Below the pieces are notes generated by a model. It saw only the letters and a list, made by a program, of their open reading frames with translations, did not search any database and was not told the origin of the DNA. A DNA stretch of 32,000 nucleotides, taken from assembly GCA_022646745.1 (NCBI GenBank), contig CP060262.1:2010001-2042000 (forward strand), written 5' to 3'. A program made the position numbers and the translations under genes. Positions 29,701-32,000 of this stretch are shown piece by piece; positions within the stretch are counted from its first letter, which is position 1, and each line of letters opens with the position of its first letter. The stretch is from Planctomycetales bacterium. GTDB taxonomy: Bacteria > 4484-113 > JAFGCY01.

Positions 29701-32000
29701 CCTGCTGGACCGCCAGCCCTTCAGCGTGGATGGCGTGCTTGGTACGGGCGGAGCTGACCTGACCATCGAATGCCGCGACTTCAACCTGCTCAGTGCACTG
29801 GCACTGGTACCGACCACGGCGGACAGTGGCCCGAACCGCACCGCCAGCCAGGTGATGAAGGTTGACAGCCATGGCCCGCTGACGGTCAAGCTCAGCGGCA
29901 CGGTGGAAAAGCCGAATGCCGCCGTCAGCTACTCCAGCGGGGCGGGCCAGGTGAACGGCACGCGCTTCGACTCAGCCAAGCTCAAGGCCACGGTCACGAA
30001 GGACCAGGCCGTACTGGACAGCTTCGAGATCATCTCCGCCAGCGGCAGCGCAAGCGCACAGGGCGGGGCGACCTTCGACCCGGTGCGCTTCAATGCCGAC
30101 GTTGACATCCGCAGCTTCGATGTGCAGATCCTGACGGCGCTGGCCGGTGGCACGGCGCTCGGTGAACTGCGCGGCCAGCTCAACGGCAGCATCCGCGCCA
30201 GCGGCGGCACGGAAAGCTACAGCGCCGATGGCGACATCACGCTCAACAAGGGCCGCTTCGGCGACGTTGACATCTCCGAGCTGAAGGCCAGCCTGCGCAC
30301 CCATCCGGACGGGATCGAGATCACCGGCGCACGGCTCACGGCCAGCGGCACGACACTGACGGCCAGCGGCATCATCGCCAGTGACCTGAACCACAGCCGG
30401 GTCAGCGCCAAGGCCGAGCAGATCGACCTGTCGCTGTTCAACCCGCTGATGCCCAAGGGTGGGGCGCAGCTGGACGGCATCGTCAGCCTCGATGCCAAGC
30501 TCAGCCCGTCCAAGGGCAACTACCCGGACGTGGATGTCACGATCGCTGACAAGGGCAGCGGGATCACGGTGGACGGCAGCCGGATTGACAAGCTGACGGC
30601 CAAGCTGACACTGCGTGGCGACCAGGCCACGCTCAACCCACTGCGCATCGAGAAGGGCGGCAGCAGCCTGAATGTGGGCGGCAAGCTGGACTTAAGCCAG
30701 CTCAAGCCCGGCAGCCGGCGCATCCCGCTGGACCTGAGCGTCACCGCCGACAGCTTCCAGCTTGACGACATCGCCGGCTTCCTGCCGGATGAAGCGGCCA
30801 GCCAGATGCCTGGTGGCAACATCACCTGCAACATGTCGGTGAAGGGCAACTCGCTCAGCCCGGTGATGAATGGTGAGCTGGCGCTGAACATCCTGCGCAT
30901 GCCGCCTGCCCTGCCGCTGGACCTCGCTGAGCTGCGCGCGCAGTTCAGCATGAAGAACAACGAGTTCAGCATCCGCAGCATGGACCTCGTGCCGAATGAC
31001 AGCAGCTACTACGCCACACGCGTGACCGGCTCAGCCCGGCTGGCATTCAATCCGCCGCGGGTTGCGGACGGTTCCGTCTCGATCGTGTTCTCCGAAGGTG
31101 GCAACCATTCGCGCATCTCGCTGCGCACGCCGAACGCACGCGGTGACCAGGTGAAGGCCTTCGAGGGCACGCTCGGCGGCACGATCCAGCTGCGCACCAG
31201 CCAGGACCTCGTGCACCCGGATGACGCCGGCACGCAGATCTGGGTGATCAGCGGCAACCCGGTGATCAACGGTGGTAGCGGCGAGAGCAACTTCCGCTAC
31301 GCGCCGGGCCCGAAGCGCGAGCCAAGCTCCGCCAAGGTGCCGCTCCGCTTTGACAACCTGACCGTGATGGTGATGCCGGGATCCAAGTTCACCACCGGCG
31401 ACGGCCTGCTGGAGATGGACTCCGCGATCCACACCGAGCCGCCGGGACTCGTGATCAACGGCATCCCGAATGCGCTGCTGGCCTCTGACCAGCTCAGCAT
31501 CCGCGGCAACGTGATCCTCGACCGCGGCACGCTGCGCGCATTCACCAACACCATGCGGCTGGATGAGTCCAGGCAGAACCGCCTGCACTTCACCGGCATG
31601 ACCACGAACACCGGCCTGTTCCCCTACCTGACGGCGCGCGCCAGCACCACGCTGAAGGGTGCGCTGCGCAATGAGCAGCAGAATGCGCTCGGGCCGACCA
31701 ACAACGACCTGAAGGTCAACTTCGACTTTGACAACGTCCAGCTGGACCCGGAAAGCGACATCATGAGCAAGGTGCGCCTGACCAGTGAACCGCCACGCTC
31801 GCCGAACCAGATCAAGGTCTACCTGCTGGGCGGTGTCGGCACGCTGCTGTCCGGTGAAGGTGAGCTGTCCGACGTCGCCCGTGAGGAGCTGCTCGGGCTC
31901 GGTGGCAACTTCCTCAGCGGCCAGCTGGAGAAGGGACTGGGGCTGGACAGCGTGACGATCGCCGGCAGTGGTGACATCAACAACCCCTTCCATGTCGGCG
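26729..32000 (+). CDS. tamB: TamB/AsmA-like translocation-and-assembly-module protein, 3'-partial (more than 1750 aa)
   Basis: This gene is not in the ORF track. The frame with codons at positions 2 mod 3 runs from the TGA at 26720-26722 to the window end, and it stayed open with sensible translation at the stretches I translated (about 26702-27240, 28202-28261 and 31922-31999). Candidate starts are TTG 26723, GTG 26729 and GTG 26792. The N-terminal signal anchor is RVLRGCIWTLVAAFVLMAAGSLIL. Long beta-rich repeats follow (e.g. SGG(E/Q)(V/L)P(L/V)x(L/A)xGS(L/S)D). The C-terminal DUF490-like part reads VRLTSEPPRSPNQIKVYLLGG. All long minus-strand ORFs here are shadows. Confidence 0.8.
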   Translation, partial: MDNSRQQIRGSKVTRHPRFRRVLRGCIWTLVAAFVLMAAGSLILSRNADRLLKDRIIRMADESLNGELVFSNIKVDLFGRAVFKDITLTLNGESDPVITARSAVVSLDLLNLIGPNRGQVAIVAELVEPHVKLIRLRDGTTNLEKLIKEPPQEKKQENFGLSLRISNGTLDFEDRCLLSSDYPRIEATEGPLADLLKELNYDILAPAETRPHKEEIKLHGSVNVNSGRGELSFAINAVRPDDGGRLTVSGDAGTESGRLDMRIQGRDISASSLQEYGNAIFPALTILPEWEEQPGIAKPTVAAVVRTVDFRLQRKDLESPFSQVVSADIEDTSFNSDTFPFLALENAEIRYDQAKDELELNKLSLSGAGTEITGSAQFGPDSGELGGRVTIKATDIAQLLAQLPYEGPEVSGSIELDLRPGGTLDDPQVAAGFTGGKLSYDGHLLGRPGGRIELNGNMLQLDSLRFSGGELPVSASGSLDIEKLTGELSYEVTKADIATLLGMAKEQMPEDARKLSAAGKLSAKGSLSLKDKQLTALDAQLNASGVEFEGVRLGNIRGGASMKGERIAFNELQLSGGQVPLTLNGSLDPEKGDAELRFKLGRTGLAELLALADEQLPADVKDLKPSGTVSADGSLNMQARKLSSASGTLNGNTLVVAGVKLGTVAAKVSTADGKLKVENASFSGGEVPLKLSGSSDLAFQNGSFSIEAGPLGVDKAATLAGRFSDKPLDTMGLTGNLKASGKLGFEKGKPSSTLSLTSDLLEKDGNRLEKLSVKGSLKGSSFELDAATATFVTAEALDLGGFSSPAPLRVPLRVGGSVSSTGKDSAVSLVGSASTENLQPSQAELSFKLVGPADSPQLRAQLKTNHDSEPLVVNVEAYVSGGMKPATAKLTWYDSQLFYDGKADLAKQAFDGHLTASQISLDKFIDDEHISGEFSLDGQLSGTATQPTLTGRMASPRISYVNGKSRHDITDLAIGFKLKDGNAVSVSNGKFLLDRQPFSVDGVLGTGGADLTIECRDFNLLSALALVPTTADSGPNRTASQVMKVDSHGPLTVKLSGTVEKPNAAVSYSSGAGQVNGTRFDSAKLKATVTKDQAVLDSFEIISASGSASAQGGATFDPVRFNADVDIRSFDVQILTALAGGTALGELRGQLNGSIRASGGTESYSADGDITLNKGRFGDVDISELKASLRTHPDGIEITGARLTASGTTLTASGIIASDLNHSRVSAKAEQIDLSLFNPLMPKGGAQLDGIVSLDAKLSPSKGNYPDVDVTIADKGSGITVDGSRIDKLTAKLTLRGDQATLNPLRIEKGGSSLNVGGKLDLSQLKPGSRRIPLDLSVTADSFQLDDIAGFLPDEAASQMPGGNITCNMSVKGNSLSPVMNGELALNILRMPPALPLDLAELRAQFSMKNNEFSIRSMDLVPNDSSYYATRVTGSARLAFNPPRVADGSVSIVFSEGGNHSRISLRTPNARGDQVKAFEGTLGGTIQLRTSQDLVHPDDAGTQIWVISGNPVINGGSGESNFRYAPGPKREPSSAKVPLRFDNLTVMVMPGSKFTTGDGLLEMDSAIHTEPPGLVINGIPNALLASDQLSIRGNVILDRGTLRAFTNTMRLDESRQNRLHFTGMTTNTGLFPYLTARASTTLKGALRNEQQNALGPTNNDLKVNFDFDNVQLDPESDIMSKVRLTSEPPRSPNQIKVYLLGGVGTLLSGEGELSDVAREELLGLGGNFLSGQLEKGLGLDSVTIAGSGDINNPFHVG

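Noticed and set aside
26672-31993. Series of minus-strand ORFs (461, 384, 320 aa and many shorter ones)
   Set aside because: All are antisense to one continuous plus-strand TamB-like frame. That frame is missing from the track only because it has no stop codon before the window ends.

Overview
High-GC segment (about 65% G+C, estimated from sampled lines, not computed) from a diderm bacterium, indicated by a WaaA Kdo transferase, a TamB-like protein and several lipobox lipoproteins. I support about 22 protein genes. They are: a 5'-truncated giant secreted dockerin/FN3 protein, a dockerin lipoprotein, waaA, an IS200-like REP-associated tyrosine transposase (RAYT), an ECF sigma/anti-sigma pair, an AT-rich 1237-aa STAND NTPase, an Ig-like lipoprotein, a B12/radical-SAM enzyme, a small lipoprotein, a hotdog thioesterase, a translationally coupled 4-gene envelope operon, a trio including an HExxH membrane protease, ppk2, an MFS transporter, and a 3'-truncated tamB-like gene. 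The tamB-like gene is absent from the supplied ORF track because it has no stop in the window. I saw no rRNA, tRNA or CRISPR array. Many long ORFs in the track are antisense shadow ORFs typical of GC-rich DNA. The main candidates for novelty are: (1) a sharply bounded ~4 kb island of about one-third G+C (9546-13500) carrying only a NACHT-like STAND P-loop NTPase, with unrecognisable N- and C-terminal regions and no integrase, tRNA or partner gene, which I read as a possible stand-alone defence/conflict system; (2) a REP/RAYT system, with the transposase flanked by inverted GTAG-hairpin REPs and five more REPs elsewhere; (3) families of degenerate 6-, 7- and 8-nt periodic tracts that fill many of the intergenic spacers and run into ORFs; (4) a 136-bp structured tandem repeat; (5) -10-like hexamers 6-10 nt upstream of several start codons, suggesting leaderless mRNAs.
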